From NCBI GenBank assembly GCA_044226625.1, contig JBGAGQ010000003.1:32001-96000 (forward strand): 64,000 bases of DNA, given 5' to 3'. Both the position numbers and the translations under genes were made by a program. Each line of letters begins with the position of its first letter. The stretch's first letter is position 1. The notes below the pieces were generated by a model that was not told where the DNA came from, did no database searches, and saw only the letters and a list, made by a program, of their open reading frames with translations. This document shows positions 11,304 through 20,636 of this stretch, piece by piece. This DNA is from Thermoanaerobaculia bacterium. Its GTDB lineage: Bacteria > Acidobacteriota > Thermoanaerobaculia > Multivoradales > UBA5704.

Positions 11304-13031
11304 TCAATCCTCCGGCGACCGGTTCGCCAGGATTCGAGCGAGCGGCTCGAGCTGGGTTTCGTAGCGGCGCCAGCGCCCGATCTCGTCCGTGTGCATGGCC
11401 GGGAACGCATCGCCCGCGGCGGCTTCGCGGCGGGCCTCCGCATCCGCCAGTCCGCAGAAGCTCTCGACTCGCGTCATCACCTCGCGCGGGTTCTCGACCA
11501 GCTCTTCGTAGCGAACCTCCATCACGGGCGTGGGGAGCACCTCCTGCCAATGGCGCATCAAACGGCAATAGGAGAGGAAATAGCGCCCCAGCTCTTCGAG
11601 ATCGAAGCTGAACGTCTGTCCCCGCGCGAAGTTGGTGCAGTAGCAGGCGAGGCACGCGTCCATGGTCCCCCGAACGCAATGGAGGATCGCGGCCCGGGGC
11701 AGGATGAGTTGGATCAAACCGAGGTGGAGGAAATTGCCCGGCAAGGTGTCCGTGAACCGTGCCGCGGGCCCCGCGATCGCCGTCGCCTGGGCGACGTACT
11801 CCTGGCCCAGCTCGCGCGCCTGGCGCCGGGTCATCCGTGCGACGCCATCCGGATAGGTCGCACCGAGGCGCGTTGGAAAAGCGGCGGCGATCTCGGGCAC
11901 GAAGTCCGGCTCGCCGCCCGCGTGGAGCGCAGGATGCCGCCGGAGCATGCGCTCCACGAGCGTCTTGCCGGTCCGGGGCATGCCGACGATGAAGATCGGG
12001 ACCGCCGACGAAAATCCGAAGTCGGAGCGCTCGGCAAACAAACTCCGGGGGAAGGCGGCGATCAGGCGGTCGTGAGCTTCCTCTTCTCGCGCGGCGTCGA
12101 ACGAGATCGACGACCTTCGGAGACGGTTGCCTTCCGCGAACGCTTCGAAAGCCGCCGCGTGATCTCCCAGATCGGCGTACGCCTTGCCCAGGGCGAACGA
12201 CAAGGCCGGCCGCTCTTCGGCCGCCTCAGGCATCCGATCGCGCAGGCGGACGAGCTCGGCGAGCGCCGGATCGCCGGGCTCGAACGTCTTCGCCAAGGCG
12301 AGGTTGTAACGCGCCTCCACGTAGCTCGGGGCCAGCTCGAGGGCTCGGGCGTAACTGGCCACGGCCCCGTCGACCTCGCCTTGCAGCTGTAAGGCGTTGC
12401 CGAGGTTGTTGTGCGCCTGAGCCAGCTTCGGATCGAGCGCCAGCGCCTGCCGGTAGCAGGCGATCGCCTCGGCCGTCCGGCCCCTCTCCATGAGCGCGAT
12501 GCCGAGATTGTTGCGCGCCGGCGCCGAGCTCGGCGCCAATTCGAGGGCCCGCCGAAAACTCTCTTCCGCATCCCGCGTCCGCCCCAGCCGGAGCAAGGCG
12601 CTCCCCTGTCCGTTGTGGGGCGCGCCGAGATCGGGCCGGAGCTCCGCCGCGCGACCGTACGCGGCGACCGCGCGATGGGGGTCGCCGATCGCCAGGCCGT
12701 GGTTCCCCAGGCAGAGGTGCGCCTCGAACGAGTCGGGATCGATCCGCAAGGCGGTCTCGTAGCACGCCAGGGCTTCATCGAACCGTCCTCGCGCCTCGAG
12801 GACCTTCCCCAGGTTGAGGTGGCCGAAGAGGAAATCGGGACGGATCGAAAGTAACTTGCGATAGAGACGTTCCGCCTCGTCGAGCCGGCCGGAATGGTGG
12901 TGGCGAATGGCTTCTTCGAACGTTCGCTTCGGGTCGGCGGCGCTCTCGAGCCCGTCCGCCGGCTCGATCCGCGACTCGGCCGAAAATTCATCCACGAATT
13001 CGCGTTGGGCTTCGCTCTGGACGGCGATCAT
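11304..13031 (-). CDS. TPR-repeat sulfotransferase-family protein 2
   Basis: Start MIAVQS at 13031 (ATGA overlap with the upstream stop). TPRs (AHNNLGNAL), IFIVGMPRTGKTLVE, VRYEELVENP. Confidence 0.88.
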   Translation of the reverse strand: MIAVQSEAQREFVDEFSAESRIEPADGLESAADPKRTFEEAIRHHHSGRLDEAERLYRKLLSIRPDFLFGHLNLGKVLEARGRFDEALACYETALRIDPDSFEAHLCLGNHGLAIGDPHRAVAAYGRAAELRPDLGAPHNGQGSALLRLGRTRDAEESFRRALELAPSSAPARNNLGIALMERGRTAEAIACYRQALALDPKLAQAHNNLGNALQLQGEVDGAVASYARALELAPSYVEARYNLALAKTFEPGDPALAELVRLRDRMPEAAEERPALSFALGKAYADLGDHAAAFEAFAEGNRLRRSSISFDAAREEEAHDRLIAAFPRSLFAERSDFGFSSAVPIFIVGMPRTGKTLVERMLRRHPALHAGGEPDFVPEIAAAFPTRLGATYPDGVARMTRRQARELGQEYVAQATAIAGPAARFTDTLPGNFLHLGLIQLILPRAAILHCVRGTMDACLACYCTNFARGQTFSFDLEELGRYFLSYCRLMRHWQEVLPTPVMEVRYEELVENPREVMTRVESFCGLADAEARREAAAGDAFPAMHTDEIGRWRRYETQLEPLARILANRSPED

Positions 13032-15145
13032 CGGGTCTCCCGCCCGAGCGCTCGCTTCAACGGCTCGAGGTGGGCCTCGTAACGGCGCCAACGCCCGACC
13101 GATCTCTCGTAGATCGGCTGGCGCACCTGAAGGTTGCTCGCGGTGCGGACCGGACGCTCGGTTCGGTGGAACGCGACGCATCGGTCGTCCCACGGCAGGC
13201 CGCAGAACGCGAGCAGCTTGCGGGTGATCTCCTCCTGGTTCGAGACCAGGTCCTCGTAGCGGACGTCGAGCGTCGGCGCCGGCAGTGCGCGCCGCCAGTG
13301 CGCCATCAGCCTCTCGTAGCTCCGGTGGTAGCTCCCCAACTCTTCGAGGTCGTAGGTGAACGGTTGGTTGTCGCCGGAAAACAGGATCGAGTAACAGGAC
13401 AGGCAGGTATCCAACGGATCCCGGAGGCAGTGGACGATGCGCGCCCCGGGCAGGGCGAGAGCGATCAGGCCCAGGTGGATGAAGTTCTCGGGCAGCTTGT
13501 TCGTGACGCGCCGGGCCGCGCCGTCGCGGGCGCGCAGCGTCTCGACATAGCGGCGTCCGGCGGCCGCCAGGGCGCGTTGCGGCGGAAGGCGCGGACCGTC
13601 GAGGTATCCCTCGTCGCGCCGTAGATCGGCGGCGATCCGACCGAGCGTGGGAAGCTCGCCCGCGCCATGGACCCCCGGGTGGCTGGCGAGGATCTGCTCG
13701 ACCAGGGTGGTTCCGGATCGCGGCATCCCCACGATGAAGATCGGCAGGTCCGACGGCTCTCCCCCGCCGAACCGCTCGGCCATCGCGGTGCGGCTCAAAT
13801 TCCTTTCGATTCGCAGCAGCGATTGCCGCCAGCGCCGAGCGCTGTAGTCGAGCCGCGCGCGCTTTCGCCGATTGCCGTCCGCCCAGAGGCCGAACGCCTC
13901 GTCCTCGCGGCCGGCCGCGTCGTATACCTTGCCGAGGGCGAACGAGAGGTACATCCGATCTTCGGACGAGGCGCGCTCGTGCCGCAGCAGCTCTTCCATC
14001 TTGGCGACCCGCGCGTCGCCGGGCGCCAAGCGCTGCACGTTGGCGAGATGGAAATAGGCCTTGGCGTTGCCGGGCGAGAGCTCGAGCGCCCGGCTCGCGC
14101 TCGCTTCCGCTTCGCGGAACCGGCCGAGGGCCGCCAAGGCAGTGCTCGCGTTCGCGTGCGGCTCGGGATAGTCCGGCCGCAGCCGGAGAGCCCGGCGAAA
14201 GCAGGCGAGCGCCTCGTCCACGCGGTCGAGCTCCAGCAGGGCGCAGCCGAGATTGTTGTGTCCTTCGGCGAGCCCGGGCTCCAAGCGCAACGCTTCCCGG
14301 TAGGAGGCGATGGCTTCGTCGAGTCGCTCCCGGTCCGCCAGCGCGGTCCCGAGGTTGTGGTGCGTCCGCCCGTCGTCGGGCCGGATGACGAGAGCCGCGT
14401 GGAAGCGCTCGATCGCCTCGTCGATTCGGCCCAGCTTGAGGAGCGCGCTGCCCAGATTGTCGAGCGCGTCGGCAGGGTGCGGGCTCCGCCTTGCGGCGTG
14501 TTCGAAATGGTGGACCGCGCGCTCCGTCGATCCCATCTCCAGAAGCAGGCAGCCGAGGTCGTAGTGCGCGGGCGCCGACTCGGGATCGATGCGGAGAGCG
14601 CGCTCGAACGCCCCGAGCGCCTCGTCGCGACGCCCCAGCGCTTGGCATGCCAACCCGAGGTTCACGTGCGCGGGCACGAAATCCGGCCGGATCGCCAACG
14701 CCCGCCGATAGCAGTCGACGGCGGCGGCGATCTCGCCGGAGCTCTTGAGGGCGTTGCCCAGGTTGAGATGCGCCTCCACGTACTCGGCGTCCCGCTCGAG
14801 AGCGCACCGGTAGCTTCGAATGGCCTCCGTGCGCCGGCCCGCGCTCTCGTAGGCCTTGCCGAGGTTGTAACGGAGGAGGGGCGCCTGAGGCCGAGACGAA
14901 ACCGCCTTTTCGAACAGCACCGTGGCCTCGCCGGAGTTGCCCCGCTGGGCGAGGAGCAGCCCCAGATACTGGAGCGCGTCCGCGTCGTCGGGACGCTCTC
15001 GCAAGACCCTGCGGTAGATCGCCTCGGCGTCCTCATGGCGTCCGGCCTTGTGAAGCTCGACGCCGGCCTCGATGGGGTCGTCGATTGGCGGTCGCGGCGC
15101 CAACGGCACGGCGGGCTCCCGAGGGATGTCTGTGGGGTCGATCAT
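13028..15145 (-). CDS. TPR-repeat sulfotransferase-family protein 1
   Basis: About 10 TPRs, 5'-PSB loop IFIVGMPRSGTTLVEQIL, RDPLDTCLS, VRYEDLV, VRTASNLQVRQPIY. Confidence 0.92.
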   Translation of the reverse strand: MIDPTDIPREPAVPLAPRPPIDDPIEAGVELHKAGRHEDAEAIYRRVLRERPDDADALQYLGLLLAQRGNSGEATVLFEKAVSSRPQAPLLRYNLGKAYESAGRRTEAIRSYRCALERDAEYVEAHLNLGNALKSSGEIAAAVDCYRRALAIRPDFVPAHVNLGLACQALGRRDEALGAFERALRIDPESAPAHYDLGCLLLEMGSTERAVHHFEHAARRSPHPADALDNLGSALLKLGRIDEAIERFHAALVIRPDDGRTHHNLGTALADRERLDEAIASYREALRLEPGLAEGHNNLGCALLELDRVDEALACFRRALRLRPDYPEPHANASTALAALGRFREAEASASRALELSPGNAKAYFHLANVQRLAPGDARVAKMEELLRHERASSEDRMYLSFALGKVYDAAGREDEAFGLWADGNRRKRARLDYSARRWRQSLLRIERNLSRTAMAERFGGGEPSDLPIFIVGMPRSGTTLVEQILASHPGVHGAGELPTLGRIAADLRRDEGYLDGPRLPPQRALAAAGRRYVETLRARDGAARRVTNKLPENFIHLGLIALALPGARIVHCLRDPLDTCLSCYSILFSGDNQPFTYDLEELGSYHRSYERLMAHWRRALPAPTLDVRYEDLVSNQEEITRKLLAFCGLPWDDRCVAFHRTERPVRTASNLQVRQPIYERSVGRWRRYEAHLEPLKRALGRETR

Positions 15146-15226
15146 CGCGCGCTCCGGATCGGCCTCGGAGCGAGGGGTGGCCCGGACCGGTCGCCCGGGC
15201 CACCCGCCGCCGAGACGGTCAACGAC

Positions 15227-15421
15227 CTAGTTGCAGGCGGGCCAGCCGAACGGGCAGGTGCAGGTCGAGCCGTCGTTGCAGCAGGTCGACAGGAAGGCGC
15301 AGCTGCACTTGGTCTGACCGCTCGAACAGGCCTGCGGCTCGATGCCGGTCCGGTTCTCGCCCTCGCGAACGGCGGCGAAACGGTTGCGGTGGACGGGTTC
15401 GGACTGAAGCGGGGTGTTCAT
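15227..15421 (-). CDS. Putative RiPP precursor 2 (cyanobactin-like leader, 8-Cys Ser/Thr-rich core)
   Basis: AAAGGAG RBS. MNTPLQSEPVHR...TGIEPQ followed by ACSSGQTKCSCAFLSTCCNDGSTCTCPFGWPACN. Directly downstream of the PatA-like protease. Confidence 0.8.
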   Translation of the reverse strand: MNTPLQSEPVHRNRFAAVREGENRTGIEPQACSSGQTKCSCAFLSTCCNDGSTCTCPFGWPACN

Positions 15422-15537
15422 ATCGAACTCCTTTGGATGTGTGCCCCGTCACGGGACGGCGGCACGGGGTTGCGATCGACGACGGGTGGAACGACGGCGG
15501 TTCGAAAGCAGTTATGCGGTTCTGCGACGGTGGGCGA

Positions 15538-17604
15538 TCAGTAGACGTCCCAATGCCGGACGGCGCCCACGGTGACCGGGATCACTTCGCTCACGTCGAC
15601 CGTGAATCGATAGACGTGGCGCGCCTGCTCCAGGCGCTTGGCCGGGTTGAAGAAGATCAGCTTGACGTCCCAGCAATCGGAGCCGGGGCGGCAGATCGGG
15701 CTCCGTTCGACGCCGATCCGGTCGAGCTTCAAACCGCCGTGCACCGCGTCTCGGTAGATGAACTCGAGTTGGAAGGCGTTCGTCGCGGCGAAGTTCATCG
15801 ACCTCTCCTGCGGCGTCAGGCCCAGGTTGCGGACCTCGTAATAGACCCGCTCGAGGAAGTTCTGAATCCCTTCCGACTTCCGCGCGTGCGCCGCCGCCGA
15901 ATCCTTTTCTTTCGGGACCTCTCCGGCGGCCGCCTTGACCAGCGCGGGCGTATGCCAGCTGTAGAGGCCGCGCACGTCGGGATAGAGCACGGGCACGATC
16001 TGTCCGTTGAGCAGACGCTTCGTGCCTCGAACGACGCCGGGCACGGACACGCGCTCGGCGCCTTCGGTCAGCTGCTCTCGCAGCGCGCGCCGCAGCCGCT
16101 CGTAGGTCGTGGCGGCGAACGGGCCGTTCGGCGCCACCGCATAGACGACCGTGGCATCGAGGCTGAGCGTCCAGGTGAGGCTCGCCGCCGCGGATGGGTC
16201 TTCGTCCAGATACGCCAGCAGCTCCCGCGGATCGTTCACGTTGCGATGGGTGAGCTGGATGAACTGGTCCCGCCTGGATTCCGTGCCGAAGTCGTACCCG
16301 AGCTGCCCCAGCACGTACGCCAGCACCGGGCTCGCGGATCCTCCGGATCCTCCCGCGCTGCCCGAGCCGCCGCAGCCGCAATCGGAGGCTTCGATGCCGC
16401 TCGCCGCGATGCCGGCCCCGCTTTCCGCTTCGACCTCGAATCCGAGCTCGGGGAGGTCCGCGAGCGCTTCGGCGGCGATCACGGCGTTCGCGATTCCTTG
16501 GGGATCCTCGACGCTCGACGCCTCGATCGCGGTCGATCCGCCACTCTCAACTTGCGCTTGGCTTGACATGTGTCCTTCCCTTTCCGTGGGTTGGTGGTTG
16601 ATATGAATGGCCATGGCCGTTCCGGTCTTTTGCGGCACCGGCAAGATGTCGATCGTGGGAGGAAGGTCGTGGGCATCGCTCCATGCCTCCCGCGCGGCGG
16701 CGAGGACTCCGAGCCCGGCGGTCAGGTGCCGGTAGGCCGCGGCGAGATCGAGCCGGCCGGCGAGCAGCCGCCGGCATTCCGTACCGCTCGAGACGTCGCA
16801 GGGCTCGGCGCCGCCGAGGAGCGCGGCGCGTACCCGGCGCGCGTCGGGCCTCTCGCCGCGGGCGAGCTGGAGGCTCATCAAGAGCGCCGCGAGGCCCGAG
16901 ACCACGGGCGTGGCGAAGCTGGTCCCCGTCTTCCTTGCGACTCCGCCCCCGGGTAACGCGCCGAGGATCTCCTCCCCGGGCGCGAGAATTCCTTGCTCGA
17001 GGTAGGCCTCGCCCCAGTTGCTGAACTCCAAGGGAGTCCCGGCCGCGGTCATCGCGCCGACCGCGAGCACCGACGGCACGGCGGCCGGAACGTGAACGCA
17101 GGCGCAGCCGTCGTTGCCCGCCGCGGCGACGATCAGGACGCCGTTCTCCCAACACCGCTCGATCGCCTGCGCCAGCAAAGGCTCGGCCTCGGCGCCCGGC
17201 GCGAGCTCGCCGCCGCTCACGTTGATCACGTGCGCGCCGTGGATCACGGCGAGGTTGATCGCCCGCGCGAGGTCGAGCTGCGAACAGGACAAAACGTTGC
17301 CTGGCCGCGGTGAATAGATGGGCACGATCAAACCGCGGCAGCCCGGCGCGATGCCCGGCACCGGGCTGCCGTGCCGGCCGAAGATCACGCTCGCGACATG
17401 GGTGCCGTGCCTCGACGCCGTATCGTCGCCCGCGGTGCCCGCGGTGCCCGAGGCCACGGTCTCGACCCGCGTGAGCCTCTCTTCCGAAAAGCAGGGATGG
17501 GAAAGATCGACCGGTCCGTCGAGAACGGCCACGCAGACCCGCGGATCTCCCATGGTCTCCGACCAGAGCGACTTCAACCGCGGCACCGCGACGTCGATGG
17601 CCAT
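15538..17604 (-). CDS. PatA/PatG-family cyanobactin maturation S8 protease with C-terminal PatG domains
   Basis: Catalytic triad VAVLDGPVD, HGTHVAS, GTSFATP; oxyanion AAAGNDG; CSQLDLARAI. C-terminal NFLERVYYEVRNLG...ERSMNFAATNAFQ...SPICRPGSDCWDVKLIFFNP...YRFTVDVSEVIPVTVG. GGAAGGAG before ATG 17604. Confidence 0.92.
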   Translation of the reverse strand: MAIDVAVPRLKSLWSETMGDPRVCVAVLDGPVDLSHPCFSEERLTRVETVASGTAGTAGDDTASRHGTHVASVIFGRHGSPVPGIAPGCRGLIVPIYSPRPGNVLSCSQLDLARAINLAVIHGAHVINVSGGELAPGAEAEPLLAQAIERCWENGVLIVAAAGNDGCACVHVPAAVPSVLAVGAMTAAGTPLEFSNWGEAYLEQGILAPGEEILGALPGGGVARKTGTSFATPVVSGLAALLMSLQLARGERPDARRVRAALLGGAEPCDVSSGTECRRLLAGRLDLAAAYRHLTAGLGVLAAAREAWSDAHDLPPTIDILPVPQKTGTAMAIHINHQPTEREGHMSSQAQVESGGSTAIEASSVEDPQGIANAVIAAEALADLPELGFEVEAESGAGIAASGIEASDCGCGGSGSAGGSGGSASPVLAYVLGQLGYDFGTESRRDQFIQLTHRNVNDPRELLAYLDEDPSAAASLTWTLSLDATVVYAVAPNGPFAATTYERLRRALREQLTEGAERVSVPGVVRGTKRLLNGQIVPVLYPDVRGLYSWHTPALVKAAAGEVPKEKDSAAAHARKSEGIQNFLERVYYEVRNLGLTPQERSMNFAATNAFQLEFIYRDAVHGGLKLDRIGVERSPICRPGSDCWDVKLIFFNPAKRLEQARHVYRFTVDVSEVIPVTVGAVRHWDVY

Positions 17605-17722
17605 TCGTCTCTCCTTCCAGGGTTCGGCCGGGCGACCGGCCGAACTTGCGTTTGTCTTCACTGAAAGGAAAGGTTAATGATCGATCGGCGGGCTGAAAAT
17701 CGGGGCCCTCTCTGATCTTCGG

Positions 17723-18445
17723 CTAGGGGAAAACCCGATCGTTCCCCTCCGGACGGGGCGGCTGCCGCTCCGTTTCGACCCACAACGTGGCGTGGCGTGC
17801 CAGGTCCGCGACGGAAGAGAGGTCGAGCTTGGACTTCAGATGCTCCAGATGGGTCTCGACCGTCTTGATGCTCAGATGGAGTTGTTGCGCGATGCGCCGC
17901 GTTCCGTGGCCCTCGCCCAGCAGACGGAAGACCTGCAACTGGCGGTCGCTGAGTTGCGCGAGGGGCGAGCCGGGCTCTCGAGGGTTTCCGCCGACGAACT
18001 GGCGGGCCAGTCGATTCGCCAGGGTGTCGCTCATGTAGACGTCGCCGCCGAGCACGTGGCGGATCGCGACCATCACCCGGTCGCAAAGCTGTTGTTTGGA
18101 AACGAAGCCCCGCGCGCCAGCCCGCAGCGAGCGCTCGCCGTAGATCGTCTCGGAATGCATCGAAAGCACGAGGACCGGAATCTTGGGATGACGCGCCGCC
18201 ATGGCTTTCACCAGCTCCAGACCGTCGTCGCCCCCTTCGAGCGCCAGGTCGACGATCAACAGGTCGGGCTTCTGCCGCTTGACGGCTTCGAGCGCGGCCT
18301 GGACTCCCCCGGCCTGGCCGGACACCATGAGGTCGGGCTCGTCGTCGATCAACGCGATCAAGCCGCGCCGCAAGAGCGGATGGTCTTCGACGACGAGGAT
18401 GGTCTTTCGTTCCTGAGCCAATCGTTCGGGTCGCTTCGCGGGCAT
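17723..18445 (-). CDS. NarL/LuxR-family response regulator
   Basis: Receiver domain ILVVEDH...PDLLIVDL...LSMH; HTH LSDRQLQVFRLLGEG...IAQQLHLSIKTVETH. Confidence 0.92.
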   Translation of the reverse strand: MPAKRPERLAQERKTILVVEDHPLLRRGLIALIDDEPDLMVSGQAGGVQAALEAVKRQKPDLLIVDLALEGGDDGLELVKAMAARHPKIPVLVLSMHSETIYGERSLRAGARGFVSKQQLCDRVMVAIRHVLGGDVYMSDTLANRLARQFVGGNPREPGSPLAQLSDRQLQVFRLLGEGHGTRRIAQQLHLSIKTVETHLEHLKSKLDLSSVADLARHATLWVETERQPPRPEGNDRVFP

Positions 18446-18727
18446 GGCGTCGATCCTCGGAGTAGCGGCCGGCGACGGAACATCGCAGGGGGCTGGGGGT
18501 CCGCGGCGCGAAGGCCCCGTTCTTCGGATGCGCCTCCTTCGCGCGGCCCATCCAAGAAAAGTATGGTTTCGTGGTCGGCCCGGACCATCCGGGAGCTCCC
18601 CGGTTGTGGCATCGGGGAAACCCCCAAGGTGCCGCGGGCGTGCTCCGCACAACGCGCGAGCGTGGAGGCGCGGGATCGACCGAACGTGGAGATCGAGGGG
18701 ACCGCGAAGATCGCGGAACGGAAGGAC

Positions 18728-19846
18728 CTACGGCTGGCGCTCGGGAGCGTCGGGCCTCTTGAGAGCCGGCCGATCTTCGGAGGGATCGGACGTCAGCGGA
18801 AACTTGCAGATGACCGTCCAGCCGCTGCGCGCCGCGCCCGCCGCTCGCAACCGCCCTCCGATGAGGCGCGCCCTACGGTCCATGTTGCGGAGGCCCGTTC
18901 CCGACGGCGCAGGCGACGGCGCTCCCGACCCGTCATCGCGCACGCGGAGGAGGCCGACCTGTCGCAACCGGCGGAGCGCGATCTCGACCCGATTCGCCCG
19001 GCCATGCCGCACGGCGTTGTGCACGGCTTCCTGCGCGATCCGAAACAGGTGGGTCTCGACCGCCGGGTCGATCCGTGGCCAGGCGTGATCGCATCGGAGG
19101 GCGCAGTGGACGCAATATCGCGACCGGACGTTTCCCGCCAACGTCTCCAGCGCGGCCGCGAGGCCGACCTGAGCCACCCCCGCGGGATCGAGGCCCCGCG
19201 CGAGATCGCGGGCGTGGCCGACGCTATCGTTCAGCAGCTGGGAGATCTCGGCGGCCTCCCCCGCCGCCCGATGCGTGTCGTTCGAAAGCTGTCTCGCGAG
19301 CCGAGCGCTCAAGGCCGCGAGACCGGCGAGGTACTGGCAGAGTCCGTCGTGGAGATCTCGACCGACGCGCTCCTGCTCTCGGTCCGTGGTTTCGAGGATC
19401 TCGTTCTCCAACCGCCTCTGATCGGTCACGTCTCGTGCCGAGGCATAGACGAGGCGGGTCTCGCTCCCGCGCCTCGCGTTCCACTGCAGCCAGCGGTACC
19501 GACCGTCCTTGCCTTGACAACGGTTTTCGAACGTCACCGTTCGGAAGGACCGCGCGAGCTTCTTCAACTTCGCTCCGGAGAGCTGGCGGTCCGCCGGGTG
19601 AACCAGATCGAAGAGGGGCCGGGCCAGGAGCTCTTCGCGGGACCAACCCAGGACCTCTTCCCAGGCCGGGTTCAGGCAGCGGAAGCTCCCATCCATTCCG
19701 AAAGCGCAAAGCAGATCGGGCGATAGGTCGAAGAACGGAGACGAGACCGCTTCCTCCCAGCGCCATGGCGGTTCGGAAGGAGCTCGGGGCGGTCCGAGCC
19801 GACGATCGACGCCGGCGTCCCTACGACTTGTCTTGCCCGCGCGCAT
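18728..19846 (-). CDS. PAS-domain sensor histidine kinase (HisKA_3 type), cytoplasmic
   Basis: PAS (NPAWEEVLGWS...VHPAD), H-box ERVGRDLHDGLCQ, FRIAQEAVHNAVRHG, VRDDGSG, GTGLRNM. Confidence 0.9.
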   Translation of the reverse strand: MRAGKTSRRDAGVDRRLGPPRAPSEPPWRWEEAVSSPFFDLSPDLLCAFGMDGSFRCLNPAWEEVLGWSREELLARPLFDLVHPADRQLSGAKLKKLARSFRTVTFENRCQGKDGRYRWLQWNARRGSETRLVYASARDVTDQRRLENEILETTDREQERVGRDLHDGLCQYLAGLAALSARLARQLSNDTHRAAGEAAEISQLLNDSVGHARDLARGLDPAGVAQVGLAAALETLAGNVRSRYCVHCALRCDHAWPRIDPAVETHLFRIAQEAVHNAVRHGRANRVEIALRRLRQVGLLRVRDDGSGAPSPAPSGTGLRNMDRRARLIGGRLRAAGAARSGWTVICKFPLTSDPSEDRPALKRPDAPERQP

Positions 19847-20119
19847 ACCTGCCTCGTTTCGAGCCCGTCTTTACGAGCGCTCCGGCGCGGACGGAGCCGG
19901 CGGAGGACAGGCCGAAGCCTGGTTCTCCCGGCACCCGTTCCGCGGGAGCCACCCTGCCATGCTCGCCGTATTTCCTGATGTTGCCAGATAATACGAGAAG
20001 GTGAGAATCGGGGAATCCCTGATTCCGGGGTCAGGGTTTATGCCCCTCTTCGAACCTTCCTGACGTCGAATCGAGGCCCCGAGCCGCCGGCGCGTCTGCG
20101 GCATCGCGCGGAAGCCTTC

Positions 20120-20533
20120 CTACCGGGCGGAGTCGTACAGCGGCTTGCCCTTGTCGACGACGTGCACGGTGAAGAGCTTCAAGGAGGTCTCCCCGACGAC
20201 GATCCAACCGCCGTGCGCGACGTCGCGGAGGTTCAGGTTGGAAGCTCCCGTCGGCAGGGTGATCGGCTTTTCGCCTTTCGCCTGTACGGTGGCGCCCTGG
20301 ATTACATAGAACGCCTCGATGCCGTGGTGAAGGTGCCGGGGGATGCCGTCCCCGGGTTTGTATTCGGACGTCGAGGCGATCACCTCCATGTCCGGCGCGC
20401 CGGAGAGGTCGGCGCGCGCGATCTCGGTGCGTTCCCGGGAATCGGAAGGGCCCTTGGCGATCTGCCCGGCGGCGACTCCGAGGCCGAAAAGGGCGAGGCC
20501 CGCGAGGAACGGCGGGAGGTGGCGTCGGTTCAT
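20120..20533 (-). CDS. Secreted cupin-domain protein
   Basis: GGAGGAG RBS, signal-peptide-like N-terminus, RHLHHGIE...VAHGG...VVDKGKPL. Confidence 0.85.
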   Translation of the reverse strand: MNRRHLPPFLAGLALFGLGVAAGQIAKGPSDSRERTEIARADLSGAPDMEVIASTSEYKPGDGIPRHLHHGIEAFYVIQGATVQAKGEKPITLPTGASNLNLRDVAHGGWIVVGETSLKLFTVHVVDKGKPLYDSAR

Positions 20534-20636
20534 CAGGGTCTCTCCTCCGCGCGGCACGCGGATGTCGATGGCGATTTTCCAAGCATGGCGTTGCGCCACC
20601 CGAGCTCGCGGCCCGTGCCCAAGGGAGCAGGCCGGG

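Noticed and set aside
13032-14807. 1167-aa ORF 11304-14807 as one giant protein
   Set aside because: The N-terminal half is an Arg/Gly-rich off-frame shadow of sulfotransferase 1. The real start is ATG 13031, overlapping the upstream stop.
9408-17604. Canonical cyanobactin or TOMM cluster
   Set aside because: No YcaO, no second macrocyclising protease, and the precursors lack LAELSEE and AYD recognition sequences.
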